Both the position numbers and the translations under genes were made by a program. A DNA stretch of 63,006 nucleotides, filler included, from Actinomycetales bacterium (GTDB taxonomy: Bacteria; Actinomycetota; Actinomycetes; Actinomycetales; CAVURS01), in assembly GCA_045807245.1 (NCBI GenBank). It is 4 parts of 4 records of this genome, joined end to end, with 100 filler letters (N's around TTAATTAATTAA, not from the genome) between each part and the next. Parts side by side here need not be neighbours in the genome. Positions count along the whole stretch, not along the records: positions 28,241 to 46,522 come from JBJMHS010000010.1; 3 more parts are not named here. One strand, written 5' to 3'. Under the pieces are notes generated by a model. That model was not told where the DNA came from. It made no database searches and saw nothing but the letters and a program-made list of their open reading frames with translations. Each line of letters starts with the position of its first letter. Positions within the stretch are counted from its first letter, which is position 1. This document shows, in pieces, positions 29,419 through 39,399 of this stretch.

Positions 29419-29693
29419 CCCGGCCCGTAGTCGGCGGTGGCGATGGCCCGCGCGGTCATCGCCTCGTCGAAGTGCTCCGAACCCTCGATGTTCGGCACGA
29501 ACCCGACGAGCACGCCGTCGCGCATGATCTGGGCCTCGAGCCCCGCAGCGCCGTCGACGTCCCAGAGCGCCTCGCGCCCGTCACCGAGGGGCACCCGGAT
29601 GCCGAACCGGTACGCCGACGGTCGGGCCACCTGGGCGAAGAGGCCGTAGCCGCGCAGCGCCTTCGCGACCCGGTTCGCTTCGTCTTCCTGCAT
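29415..29693 (-). CDS. Small hypothetical protein
   Basis: 92-aa globular-looking ORF, GC-rich third positions, CACACT -10 before ATG. Confidence 0.7.
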   Translation of the reverse strand: MQEDEANRVAKALRGYGLFAQVARPSAYRFGIRVPLGDGREALWDVDGAAGLEAQIMRDGVLVGFVPNIEGSEHFDEAMTARAIATADYGPG

Positions 29694-29712
29694 CGCAGCA
29701 GTGTGCCTGCCG

Positions 29713-30801
29713 TTACTGGAGGTCCGCTGTGAGCCCGGTGGATGTCAGTGCGGCGGCAGCGAGCTCCACGTCGTCCTCGTCGTTCCACAGGTGGAACGCG
29801 ATGCGCACCCGCCCGGCCCGTCCGGCGACGGTGGCGCCCTTGTCGGTCAGCGCAGCCTTGAGCGCCCCGAACGGGTCGGGCAGCGACACGACGGCGCGGC
29901 CCTGGGGCGCCAGCCCGAGCCGCTCCAGCAGCGCGTCGGCCAGCCCCGCGTCGTACGTCCGGGCCTGCTCGGGGTCGAGCCCGGCGAACAGCTCCATGGC
30001 CGGGACCGCGCCCACCCACGACAGCCAGGCCGGCGACACGTCGAACCGGCGGGCGTCACCGGCCAGCTGCATGTCCGGGCCGTAGCACGAGTCCCAGCGC
30101 GACTCCCCGGCGTACCAGCCGGCCTGCAACGGGCTTATGCGGTCGGCGACATGGGGGCGCACCGTGAGGTAGGCCGCACCGCGGGGATGACACAGCCACT
30201 TGTACGCGGTGCAGACCGCAACATCGAAAACGCTTGCGTCGCAAGGCATCCAGCCCACGGCCTGGGTCAGGTCGCACAGGGTCATCGCCCCGTGCTGCCG
30301 GGCGGCCTCGACGACGGCTCCGTGGTCGGCCACCACGCCGTCGGCCGACTGGGCCAGGGACCAGGCGACGAGGGTCGTCGACGACGTGACGGCCTCCGCC
30401 AGCCCGGCCAGCGGGACGTGCCGCACCCGCACGCCGCGGTTGGCCTGGACGAGGAACGGGAACACGATCGAGGTGAAGTCGCCGTGCGGCACCACGACCT
30501 CGGCCCGGTCGGGCAGGGCGCTCGCGACGAGGGCGGCCATGACGGAGGTGTTGGCCCCGGTCGCGACCCACGACGGTGGGACGCGCACGAGGCCGGCGAA
30601 CAGCTCGCGGCACCGTGCGACGTCGTCGTCATAACGGACCGCGTCCACCTCGCCCGCCGCCCAGTGGCGCAGGTCGGCGGTCATGGCCTCGACCACAGTG
30701 CGGGGCGGCACGCCAAGGGTGGCTGCGTTGAGGTAACCGGTGACCCGGGGCCAGGCATCCCGGGCCTGCTCGAGGGTGAGCCGTGGCGCGACGGTGCTCA
30801 T
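29713..30801 (-). CDS. Aminotransferase class V-fold PLP enzyme
   Basis: YLNAAT, DLTQAVG, AYKWLCHPRG, RIAFHLWN. Confidence 0.88.
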   Translation of the reverse strand: MSTVAPRLTLEQARDAWPRVTGYLNAATLGVPPRTVVEAMTADLRHWAAGEVDAVRYDDDVARCRELFAGLVRVPPSWVATGANTSVMAALVASALPDRAEVVVPHGDFTSIVFPFLVQANRGVRVRHVPLAGLAEAVTSSTTLVAWSLAQSADGVVADHGAVVEAARQHGAMTLCDLTQAVGWMPCDASVFDVAVCTAYKWLCHPRGAAYLTVRPHVADRISPLQAGWYAGESRWDSCYGPDMQLAGDARRFDVSPAWLSWVGAVPAMELFAGLDPEQARTYDAGLADALLERLGLAPQGRAVVSLPDPFGALKAALTDKGATVAGRAGRVRIAFHLWNDEDDVELAAAALTSTGLTADLQ

Positions 30802-30854
30802 CCGGCGAGCCTGTCACAAGGCGGCCTGTCGGACCCCCTTGGTTGACTGTGGGC

Positions 30855-31478
30855 ATGGCCAGGTCGCGTGACACGACACCGGACGAAGCCGGCACCAAGG
30901 GCGGCCTGCCCATCGTGACGTTCGAGGACCTGCCGACGCTCGAACGCTGGTACGACGAGCACGCGGACACGGCGCCGGGCATGTGGGTCCGGTTCGCCAA
31001 GGCCGGCTCCGGCGCCAGATCGGTCTCCCGGGCGGACGCACTGGACGTCGCCCTGTGCCACGGCTGGATCGACGGGCAGGCCGCGTCGGTCGACGAGTCC
31101 TGGTGGCTGCAGCGGTTCACCCCGCGTCGCTCGACCAGCCGCTGGTCCCAGATCAACTGCGCCAAGGCCGAGGAGCTGATCGCCGCCGGGCGGATGCGCG
31201 AGCGCGGCCGGGCCGAGGTCGACGCGGCCAAGGCCGACGGCCGCTGGGACGCGGCCTACGCGGGGCCGCGCGCGGCGCAGGTGCCGCCCGACCAGCAGGC
31301 GGCCATCGAGGCGAACCCGGCCGCCGCGGCCTTCTTCCCGACGCTGAGCAGCCAGAACCGCTACGCGATCCTGCACCGGTTGGGTGCCGTCAAGCGCCCA
31401 GAGACCCGGGCCCGGAAGATCGAGCAGTACGTCGCCATGCTGGCGGCCGGCGAGACCATCCATCCCGCGCGGCGCTAG
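30855..31478 (+). CDS. YdeI/OmpD-associated family protein
   Basis: ALCHGWIDG, RFTPRR...WSQIN, NRYAILHRL...KRPETRARKI. Confidence 0.9.
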   Translation: MARSRDTTPDEAGTKGGLPIVTFEDLPTLERWYDEHADTAPGMWVRFAKAGSGARSVSRADALDVALCHGWIDGQAASVDESWWLQRFTPRRSTSRWSQINCAKAEELIAAGRMRERGRAEVDAAKADGRWDAAYAGPRAAQVPPDQQAAIEANPAAAAFFPTLSSQNRYAILHRLGAVKRPETRARKIEQYVAMLAAGETIHPARR

Positions 31479-33754
31479 TCGTTGGCCAGACTGAGACCTA
31501 GACCGTCCATCCGGGCCTCCACCAGAGCCGGGGCGAGAGCGAGCGCGTCGGCCAGTTCCTCGACGCTGCAGCCGATCTCGACGCCGTCGCGCAGCTCCTC
31601 GTCCTGTTCGGCGGTCCACGCGTGGCCCAACGTCACGGCGGTCCGGGGTGACTCGGCCGCCGGACCGGCGGTCCGGGCCGACTCGGCCACCGGACCGCGG
31701 TTCGGCGGCGACGCGTCACCGACAGCGCCAGGGGCGCGGGACACCGGCTCGTCCACCGGCCAAACCTCCGGTCCGGCCGCTGCATCGAGCCGACCCAGCG
31801 CGGCCAGCGCCACGGTCCGGTCGGTCGTCGCCCAGAACGGCGGGAGCGACGCGCGCAGGAACCCGGCATAGCGAGCAGTGGCGAGCCGAGAGTCGAGGAC
31901 GGCCACGACGCCACGGTCCGCAGACGACCTGATCAGCCGGCCCGAACCCTGGGCCAGCCGCAACGCCGCGTGGGTCGCCGCCACGGTCATGAACCCGTTG
32001 CCGCCCGCGTCCGCGACCGCCTGCGACCGCGCGGAAGCGAGCGGGTCGTCCGGCCGTGGGAACGGCAGCCGGTCGATGACGACGAGCTGGCAGGCCGGGC
32101 CGGGGACGTCGACGCCCTGCCACAAGGACAAGGTCCCGAACAGGCTGGTGTTCGCATCGCGGGCGAAGTCGCGCACGAGCGTCGCCGTCTGGTCCTCGCC
32201 CTGCAGCAGCACCGGTGTATCGAGCCGCTCGCGCATCGCCTCCGCGGCTACCCGGGCCGCGCGCATCGAGCTGAACAGCCCGAGGGTGCGCCCGCCGGCG
32301 GCCCGCACCAGCGCCTCCAGCTCGTCCAGCTGGGCCTCGCCGATCCCGTCGCGACCCGGCGGCGGGAGGTGCTTCGCGACGTACAGCATGGCCTGCTTGG
32401 GGTAGTCGAACGGACTGCCGACGTCGAGTCCGGTCCACTCAGGTCCGTCCGGTCCTGCCAGTCCGAGGGTGCGCGCCGCCGCCTCGAAGCTGCCGCCGAG
32501 CTCGAGTGTGGCGGAGGTCAGCACGACGGTCTGCTCGCCGAACAGTCTCTCGCGCAGCAGCCCGGCGACAGTGATCGGTGCGACGTGCAGCAATTTGCCG
32601 CGCCGTTGCTCATCGGCGACCCATGCCACGTCCTGGTCGGCGTCCAGGACCAGCCGGGCGGACACGTCGAACACCTCCTGCACCGCGGCCCGGGCCACCT
32701 GCCGCGCGCCGTCGGGTGCCTCGCCCGCTGGCGGCTTCAACGCGGTGAGCAGGGTCCGCGCCGAGTCCCGGACCCGGGCCAGCGCTGCGGTCAGGTGGGC
32801 CGGCAGGCCGGTCAGCCGGCCCTCGGCCAGGCCGTCCAGCGCCACGATGAGGTCGTCAGCACTGTCGGCGAGCGCCTGGTCCGGCTCGGCCAGGCCCTCG
32901 CCGGTGACCCCTTTGACCAAGCGGGCCGACTGCCGGGCCGCCCGCTCGACCATCGCCGGCGTCAGCTCGTCGGTGATCGCGGAGGTGACCCGGTCGACCA
33001 GCTCGTGACCCTCGTCGACGATCACGACGTCGTGCTCCGGGAGCAGGGTCGGGTCCCCGAACGCGTCGATCGCGAGCAGCGCGTGGTTGGTGACGACGAC
33101 GTCCGCCTCCCGCGAGTAGGCCCGGGCCTTCTCCGTGAAGCACTCCTGGACCAGCGGGCATTTCGAGCCCAGGCACTCGTGGGCGGACACCGACACCTGC
33201 CGCCACGCGCGCTCGCTGACCCCGGGCACCAGCTCGTCACGGTCGCCGGTCTGCGTCTCCTCGGCCCACTCCCGCAGGCGCACGACCTCCGTGCCGAGCC
33301 GGCTGGGCGACGAGGTGGACGCCGCACCCAGGGGCTCCGCCACGTCGAACAGCGCGTCCTCCTCCGCCGGAAACCCGCCGAGCAGCTTGTGCCGGCAGAG
33401 GTAGTTGCGGCGGCCCTTCACCAACGCGTACGACGGGCGCCGGCCCAGCACGGGGGTCACCGCGGAGGCCAGTCGCGGCAGGTCGCGGTCGATGACCTGA
33501 GCCTGCAGCGCGAGCGTGGCGGTCGACACGACGACGGGCTGGCCGCTGTGCTGCGCGTGCACCAGCGCCGGCACCAGGTAGGCGAGTGACTTGCCGGTGC
33601 CGGTGCCGGCCTGGACCAGCAGATGCTGCCCCGACTCGATCGCCGACGCGACGGCCTCCGCCATCTGGACCTGGCCGATGCGCGTCGTACCGCCGATGCC
33701 GGCGACGGCCGCGCCGAGCAGAGCGCGCAGGCTCGGCTCTGCTGGCTCGGTCAC
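31475..33754 (-). CDS. dinG: DinG-family ATP-dependent helicase
   Basis: QAGTGTGKS, KGRRNYLC, Cys cluster, DEGH, SATL, WQGVD, QGSGRLIR. Confidence 0.92.
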   Translation of the reverse strand: MTEPAEPSLRALLGAAVAGIGGTTRIGQVQMAEAVASAIESGQHLLVQAGTGTGKSLAYLVPALVHAQHSGQPVVVSTATLALQAQVIDRDLPRLASAVTPVLGRRPSYALVKGRRNYLCRHKLLGGFPAEEDALFDVAEPLGAASTSSPSRLGTEVVRLREWAEETQTGDRDELVPGVSERAWRQVSVSAHECLGSKCPLVQECFTEKARAYSREADVVVTNHALLAIDAFGDPTLLPEHDVVIVDEGHELVDRVTSAITDELTPAMVERAARQSARLVKGVTGEGLAEPDQALADSADDLIVALDGLAEGRLTGLPAHLTAALARVRDSARTLLTALKPPAGEAPDGARQVARAAVQEVFDVSARLVLDADQDVAWVADEQRRGKLLHVAPITVAGLLRERLFGEQTVVLTSATLELGGSFEAAARTLGLAGPDGPEWTGLDVGSPFDYPKQAMLYVAKHLPPPGRDGIGEAQLDELEALVRAAGGRTLGLFSSMRAARVAAEAMRERLDTPVLLQGEDQTATLVRDFARDANTSLFGTLSLWQGVDVPGPACQLVVIDRLPFPRPDDPLASARSQAVADAGGNGFMTVAATHAALRLAQGSGRLIRSSADRGVVAVLDSRLATARYAGFLRASLPPFWATTDRTVALAALGRLDAAAGPEVWPVDEPVSRAPGAVGDASPPNRGPVAESARTAGPAAESPRTAVTLGHAWTAEQDEELRDGVEIGCSVEELADALALAPALVEARMDGLGLSLAND

Positions 33755-33760
33755 CGCTCG

Positions 33761-33770
33761 AGGCTAACGT
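33761..33770. promoter_or_regulatory. Overlapping back-to-back -10 elements (bidirectional leaderless promoter)
   Basis: TAGCCT (minus) and TAACGT (plus) share TA; each is 6 nt from a GTG start. Confidence 0.65.
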
Positions 33771-33776
33771 CTGCGT

Positions 33777-34559
33777 GTGACCGCAGCACCGGTGTCCACC
33801 CCGGGCTCTGATCCGGCAGCAGACCTGGACGCGCTGGCCGATCCCACTCGTGCGGCGGGGATGGCGCGCTTCTTCAAAACCGGGCCAGGCCAGTACGGCG
33901 CGGGTGACGTGTTCGCTGGCGTGTCGGTGCCGGACGTACGGCGGGTGGTCCGTTCGCACCGGGACCTCGCGCTGGCGGACGTCGACGCGCTGCTGCGTGA
34001 CGCCGTACACGAGCACCGGCTCGCCGCCGTCCTGCTGCTGGCCGACCGCTACACGCGCGCGGCCAAGCGCGGCGACGAGGCTGAGTGCGCGCAGGTGGCC
34101 CGCCTCTACCTGGACCGCACCGCGTGGATCAACAACTGGGACCTGGTCGACGCCAGCGCGGAGTACGTCGTCGGGCCGTGGTGGCGATCGCTGGGCTCCA
34201 CCGGGCGCGCTCAGCGGCTGAAGCCCGCTCGCTCAAAGTCCTTGTGGGAGAGGCGGATCGCCGTACTGTCCACCTTCCACGACATCAAGCTCGGGGACAG
34301 CGGACCGGCATCCGAGGTCTGCACGTTGTTGCTCGGCGACCGCGAAGACCTGATCCACAAGGCCACGGGCTGGATGTTGCGCGAGGTCGGGAAGCGCGTG
34401 TCGCGCGCAGACCTCATCGCGTTCCTGGATGAGCACGCGGCGGTGATGCCGCGGACCATGCTGCGTTACGCCGTCGAGCACCTGGACGTCGAGCAGCGCG
34501 CGCACTACCTCGCCACGCGTGCCGTCGGCGGCGGACGTCCTGGCCCGACTGGGAGTTGA
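33777..34559 (+). CDS. AlkD-family DNA alkylation repair protein
   Basis: RFFKTGPGQYG, NNWDLVD, LWERR, DLIHKATGWMLRE, MPRTMLRYAVE. Confidence 0.9.
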   Translation: MTAAPVSTPGSDPAADLDALADPTRAAGMARFFKTGPGQYGAGDVFAGVSVPDVRRVVRSHRDLALADVDALLRDAVHEHRLAAVLLLADRYTRAAKRGDEAECAQVARLYLDRTAWINNWDLVDASAEYVVGPWWRSLGSTGRAQRLKPARSKSLWERRIAVLSTFHDIKLGDSGPASEVCTLLLGDREDLIHKATGWMLREVGKRVSRADLIAFLDEHAAVMPRTMLRYAVEHLDVEQRAHYLATRAVGGGRPGPTGS

Positions 34560-34609
34560 CTGAGGAAGTAGTCCAGCCGCCTCGCAGCCACGACTGGCCC
34601 TCTCAGGGC

Positions 34610-34960
34610 TTAGTGGAGCTTGCTGACCCAGTCGTCCGGGACGCGACCGTTCGGGCCCGGGACGGGCTGGTCCGCCGGGTGGCTGGTCGGCTCGCACAGA
34701 TCCGGGCCGTCCACGAGGGTTGACGCCTCGAAGTCCCAGAACCAGGTCTCCCCCGGCTCGAAGCTCTGCATGACCCGGTGACCGGTCGCCCTCCAGTGCC
34801 CCTGGGCATGCTGCTCGGGCGAGGAGTCGCAGCAACCGACGTGACCGCAAGCCGCGCAGCGGCGGAGGTGGAACCACCACCCGCCGGCCTCGTTGCACTC
34901 CGCGCAGCCGGTGCCGCTCGGCGGGACGGCCGGGTCGAACTGGGTCAGCTCTTCGGTCAT
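34610..34960 (-). CDS. UBP-type zinc finger protein
   Basis: CAEC...WFHLRRCAACGHVGCCDSSPEQHA..H, SFEPGETWFW. Confidence 0.9.
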   Translation of the reverse strand: MTEELTQFDPAVPPSGTGCAECNEAGGWWFHLRRCAACGHVGCCDSSPEQHAQGHWRATGHRVMQSFEPGETWFWDFEASTLVDGPDLCEPTSHPADQPVPGPNGRVPDDWVSKLH

Positions 34961-34991
34961 GAAAAGGACGCTACGCCACGCGCCGGCCGGC

Positions 34992-36458
34992 TCAGACGGC
35001 GTACGGCTCGAGCTCGCCCGCGAGCTGACCGCGCACCTGCGCCTGCAGTCGCGTCCCGTGAGCGGTGTGCTCCTCGGCGAGGACCTCACCGTCGCGGTGC
35101 ACCTTGCTGACCAGGTCACCGCGGTCGTACGGCAGCAGGACGTCGACGCTGACGTGCGGCCGCGGAAGGGCACCCGCGATGAGCTCCGTCAGCTGGTCGA
35201 GGCCCTCGCCGGTCCGCGCGGATACGACGACGCTGCTCGGCTCCTGCCGGCGCAGCCGCTGCACCACCTCGGGGTCGGCGAGGTCGGCCTTGTTGATGAC
35301 GACGATCTCGCGCAGGTCGCGAGCGCCCACGTCACCGAGGACCTCGCGCACCGCGAGCAGCTGACCCTCAGGGTCCGGATGCGAACCGTCCACCACGTGC
35401 AGCAGCAGGTCGGCGTCACCGACCTCTTCGAGGGTCGAGCGGAACGCCTCGACCAGCTGGTGCGGCAACGAACGGACGAACCCGACCGTGTCCGTGAGTG
35501 TGTAGAGCCGGCCGTCGGGAGTCTGCGCGCGCCGTACCGTCGGGTCGAGCGTCGCGAACAGCGCGTCCTCGACCAGCACACCCGCCCCCGTCAGGCGGTT
35601 GAGCAGGCTCGACTTGCCCGCGTTGGTGTAGCCCGCGATCGCCACCGCAGGCACTTCGGCGCGACGGCGGCCGGAGCGCTTGGTGTCGCGGGAGGTGCGC
35701 ATCGCCTTGATCTCGCGACGCAGCTTGGCCATCCGGGTGCGGATGCGCCGGCGGTCGAGCTCGATCTTGGTCTCACCCGGTCCGCGGGAGCCGATGCCCT
35801 CGCCGCCCGCGACGCGGCCACCAGCCTGGCGCGACATGGACTCACCCCAGCCGCGCAGCCGCGGCAGCAGGTACTCCATCTGAGCCAGCTCGACCTGGGC
35901 CTTGCCCTCCCGGCTCTTGGCGTGCTGGGCGAAGATGTCCAGGATCAGCGCGGTCCGGTCGATGACCTTGACCTTGACGATGTCCTCCAGCGCACGGCGC
36001 TGCGACGGCGCGAGCTCGGTGTCGGCGATGACGGTGTCGGCGCCGGTGGCGATGACGACGTCGCGCAGCTCCCGGGCCTTGCCCGAGCCGAGATACGTGC
36101 CGGGGTCCGGGCGCGGGCGCCGCTGGAGCAACCCGTCGAGCACCTGCGATCCCGCCGTCTCGGCCAGCGCAGCCAGCTCGCGCAGCGAGTTCTCGGCCTC
36201 CTCGACCGTGCCGTCGGAGAAGACACCGGCCAGCACCACGCGCTCCAGGCGCAGCTGCCGGTACTCGACCTCGCTGACGTCCTCGAGCTCGGTCGACAGG
36301 CCCACGACACGGCGCAGCGCCTGGCGGTCGGCCAGCTCCTGCTGGTCACCGTCGTACGAGCTCTCCGGCGACGAGTCGTACGGCGCGGGCTCGTCGAGCG
36401 GCTCAGCGCCGGGCTCGAACAGTGGCTGGGTCATCGGTTCAAGAGTCTCAGAAGACAT
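34992..36458 (-). CDS. hflX: Ribosome-splitting GTPase HflX
   Basis: GPGETKIE, GYTNAGKS, FATLD, DTVGF, NKAD. Confidence 0.96.
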   Translation of the reverse strand: MSSETLEPMTQPLFEPGAEPLDEPAPYDSSPESSYDGDQQELADRQALRRVVGLSTELEDVSEVEYRQLRLERVVLAGVFSDGTVEEAENSLRELAALAETAGSQVLDGLLQRRPRPDPGTYLGSGKARELRDVVIATGADTVIADTELAPSQRRALEDIVKVKVIDRTALILDIFAQHAKSREGKAQVELAQMEYLLPRLRGWGESMSRQAGGRVAGGEGIGSRGPGETKIELDRRRIRTRMAKLRREIKAMRTSRDTKRSGRRRAEVPAVAIAGYTNAGKSSLLNRLTGAGVLVEDALFATLDPTVRRAQTPDGRLYTLTDTVGFVRSLPHQLVEAFRSTLEEVGDADLLLHVVDGSHPDPEGQLLAVREVLGDVGARDLREIVVINKADLADPEVVQRLRRQEPSSVVVSARTGEGLDQLTELIAGALPRPHVSVDVLLPYDRGDLVSKVHRDGEVLAEEHTAHGTRLQAQVRGQLAGELEPYAV

Positions 36459-36536
36459 ACGTAGTCGCGAACGACTTTGCCGGGCCGGGCATTCCGCATT
36501 CCGCCAGGAGCCCGGTCCGGCAAGGTGCTCAGCCGC

Positions 36537-38039
36537 TCAGGCCGTCGTGAGTGGCGCCTCCGCCGGTTCAACGACCGCCGGCTCGGGAGGCGGGGTGATC
36601 TCAGGCGGGCCCAGGCTGGGGAAGCCGAGCACGATGCTTGTGCGCTGCGGGTCCGACCGGCGGGTCAGGACGACGACCCCGACCAGGTACACGGCCGCTC
36701 CCGTGAGCCACGCCTGCAAGGGCGGGAAGCCGATGTAGGTGTTGCCGAACCCGGACGTGCCCGGGATCAGGCCGCCGGTCACCGCACCGACCAAGGTGCC
36801 GGACAGCAAGGCCACGACAGCGAGCCAGTTGCCGGTCGCCGTCTGCTGCCAGGACGGGACATCGTTACCGGACGACAATGGTCGGCGAATACCGGTCAGC
36901 CGAGGCATCACGAAGATGTCAACCGCCATGATCGTGCTGGCCGTGGGTACGGTGACCGCACCGATCCCGGTCACGATGGTGAACGTCTTCTGCAACGACG
37001 GCAGCACGGTCACCAGCACTGCCGCGATCGCGCCCAGCGCGAGCACGGTGTAGCGGCGCCGCCACCAGGTCAGGTGCGACAGCAGGTTCTGCGCACCGTT
37101 GACCGCGATGTAGAGGTTGCCGTCGTTGACCCCCACCTGGTTGATGACGAAGAAGAGAATGCCGAGCAGCGTCAAGCCGAACAGCGAGAAGTTCACGAAG
37201 TACTTGATGCTCGCGCTGAAGTCGGACGTGTTCGCCATGGTCGCGATCAGGTAGCCGAGGATCGGGAACAGGAACGAGCCGACGACGTACGACAGCACGA
37301 CCGTGCCCGAGATGCGCTTCCGGTCCGGCTTGGCGTACCGGAAGATGTCAGCCTCGTTGCCCCAGGTGGACAGGCCGACCATCGCTCCGGCGACGAACAG
37401 GATCGAGGCCGCGCTGTCGACGTGCGGCGGGTTGGCGAGCGCGTGGCCGTCAACGGTCGCGAGTGCGCGGATCGTCGCGTAGACGCCCCACACCAGGATG
37501 AGCGGCACGGCGACCCACTGCGCGAACTTCTGCACACCGCCGAAGCCGAAGTACGTGTTCGTGATCATGACCGCCGCCAGGACTACACCCAGCAGAGTGG
37601 CCGACGAGATCGTGAACAGACCGCCGAGCAGCGAGATGACGAACAGCACGGTGAACAGGTAGAAGCCCATGCCGTCGACGACCAAGAGCGCGGACACGAC
37701 CGCGCTGCCCGCGCGGCCGAAAATACTGCGGGTCATGACCGAGCTCGTCTGTCCGGCAACGGCTCCCGCGTTCGCCGACCCGATGCAGTAGAGCGTCATG
37801 ATGGCGGTCGCCAGCGCCATCGCGACGAGGAAGCGGGCGATGTTCATGCCCTCGAACCGCGCGGTGTAACCGACGTACACAGCGGGGAAGGTCGCCTGCA
37901 TGCTGAGGAAGGTCAGCAGCATCTTGAGGTGAGTCTTGCGCTTGGCGAGCGGCACGACGTGGTTGGTGTAGTCCTCGCCTGCACCGCTCTCGTGCTCCGC
38001 AGGCAAGGTCGACGTGGACGGCTGTGGCTTTTGCGACAT
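36537..38039 (-). CDS. NCS1/CodB-like nucleobase-type permease
   Basis: About 12 TM, TRSIFGRAG, ADIFRYAK, NDGNLY. Confidence 0.82.
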   Translation of the reverse strand: MSQKPQPSTSTLPAEHESGAGEDYTNHVVPLAKRKTHLKMLLTFLSMQATFPAVYVGYTARFEGMNIARFLVAMALATAIMTLYCIGSANAGAVAGQTSSVMTRSIFGRAGSAVVSALLVVDGMGFYLFTVLFVISLLGGLFTISSATLLGVVLAAVMITNTYFGFGGVQKFAQWVAVPLILVWGVYATIRALATVDGHALANPPHVDSAASILFVAGAMVGLSTWGNEADIFRYAKPDRKRISGTVVLSYVVGSFLFPILGYLIATMANTSDFSASIKYFVNFSLFGLTLLGILFFVINQVGVNDGNLYIAVNGAQNLLSHLTWWRRRYTVLALGAIAAVLVTVLPSLQKTFTIVTGIGAVTVPTASTIMAVDIFVMPRLTGIRRPLSSGNDVPSWQQTATGNWLAVVALLSGTLVGAVTGGLIPGTSGFGNTYIGFPPLQAWLTGAAVYLVGVVVLTRRSDPQRTSIVLGFPSLGPPEITPPPEPAVVEPAEAPLTTA

Positions 38040-38052
38040 CGGGACAGGCCTC

Positions 38053-39321
38053 TCAGGAAAGGGGACCGCGAAGGAGACGGGAGAGCTGGGTCCGGCCGTC
38101 TGATGGCCGTCCGACGAGCAAGCCGAGCGCGTCCTCCAGGGTGCTGAAGGGGCGCCGCTCGACGACCGCCTCGGCGGTGTCGTGGTCGAGGCCGACCCGC
38201 CGCAGGACGTCGTGCCCCTGCGCGAGCGGAAGAGTGTTGAACCAGTCCAGGCCGAGCTCCAGTCGGGCGTCGGGGACGACCTCTCCCAGGACGCGGACCC
38301 GGCTCAGGCCACCGTCTGGAAAGGCGTCGACCCGGACGTACGACGCGACGGCCTCGTCCGCGGGCGGCTCGACCACGAAGACGTGCCGGGTGTCCGGCTG
38401 CAGCGCAGTCCGCTCGAGGACGGACGTCCATCGACCGTCGGCGACCTCGGTCGCGGTGGCATCGGCCGGACGGGTCATCGCGCCGGCGCGCACCTCCACG
38501 TCCGACGAGGCGTTGTGCTTGAAGTGCGCGGTGTCGACCTCGAGCTGGCGGAGCCGGCCCGCGGCGGCGAGCTGGATCACCGCCCAGTCGTTGCCGTCGT
38601 CACGACGCCGCCGGGTCTCCCAACCCTCGCCCATCGTGCGGGCCCGGTCCGGCCGGGTGAGCACCGACGCGGAGCCGTAGAAGTTGTCCGACGAACGGAT
38701 GACGCGGGCGCCGAGCTGCTGCGAGGCCAGGTCGGCCGTCACTCCGTCGAGGTGCCTCGGGTCGATGACCGGCCGGCCGTGCACGCGCAGCCGAGCCACC
38801 CCCCCGTCCGGCGCAACCGACAGCCGCAGGTGCGTGAACCGCAACGGGCTGGTCACCTCCATCAGGTTGTGCGTGTCGCCCTTGAGCGGTCGGACGTCGG
38901 CGATCCGCTCCCACTGCGCGGCCGCGAGCTCCTCGGGGCCTGGGTACCCCTCGAGCCCGCAGGCGTCGACCCAGCACTGCTCGGGGTAGTTGCCGGTGAA
39001 GAAGCTCGTGTCGACGTCCACCCGGCGGATGACGCCGGGGATGCCCAGCCGCACGATCACCCAGTCGTGACCTGGTCGCCCCCGTCGGCGCCGCGTCTCC
39101 CAGCCGTCGACGACCTCGCCACGGTGGTCGTACGTGCCGGGGCTGAAGTCCGCGGGATCAGGCGTGAGCAGGTGCTCCTTGTTGCCGAACGACTCGTCGC
39201 TGGCAGCCACCACACCGGCCGCGAGGTGCCGCGAGGACAGCTCCACCATGGGCAGGCCGTCTTCGTCGAACGGGAGCGAGGTCGGCTCGGTGACGTCGGC
39301 GCGGGGCTCGTCGCAGGACAT
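38053..39321 (-). CDS. alc: Allantoicase
   Basis: Duplicated DGWETRRRR/EGWETRRRR, FTGNYP, PDGGVARLRV/PDGGLSRVRV; TTGACA-17-CACACT-7-ATG places the start at 39321. Confidence 0.93.
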   Translation of the reverse strand: MSCDEPRADVTEPTSLPFDEDGLPMVELSSRHLAAGVVAASDESFGNKEHLLTPDPADFSPGTYDHRGEVVDGWETRRRRGRPGHDWVIVRLGIPGVIRRVDVDTSFFTGNYPEQCWVDACGLEGYPGPEELAAAQWERIADVRPLKGDTHNLMEVTSPLRFTHLRLSVAPDGGVARLRVHGRPVIDPRHLDGVTADLASQQLGARVIRSSDNFYGSASVLTRPDRARTMGEGWETRRRRDDGNDWAVIQLAAAGRLRQLEVDTAHFKHNASSDVEVRAGAMTRPADATATEVADGRWTSVLERTALQPDTRHVFVVEPPADEAVASYVRVDAFPDGGLSRVRVLGEVVPDARLELGLDWFNTLPLAQGHDVLRRVGLDHDTAEAVVERRPFSTLEDALGLLVGRPSDGRTQLSRLLRGPLS

Positions 39322-39328
39322 GGCGCTG

Positions 39329-39382
39329 AGTGTGCGTGCACTGAACACCACTGTCAAGAGTTCTGAACATTCGTGTTCAGTG
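39329..39382 (-). promoter_or_regulatory. alc promoter with dyad operator
   Basis: -35 TTGACA (39357-39352), -10 CACACT; CTGAACA-TTCG-TGTTCAG (39363-39380) plus third half-site at 39341-39347. Confidence 0.7.
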
Positions 39383-39399
39383 AACCGTACGGCGGGTGC

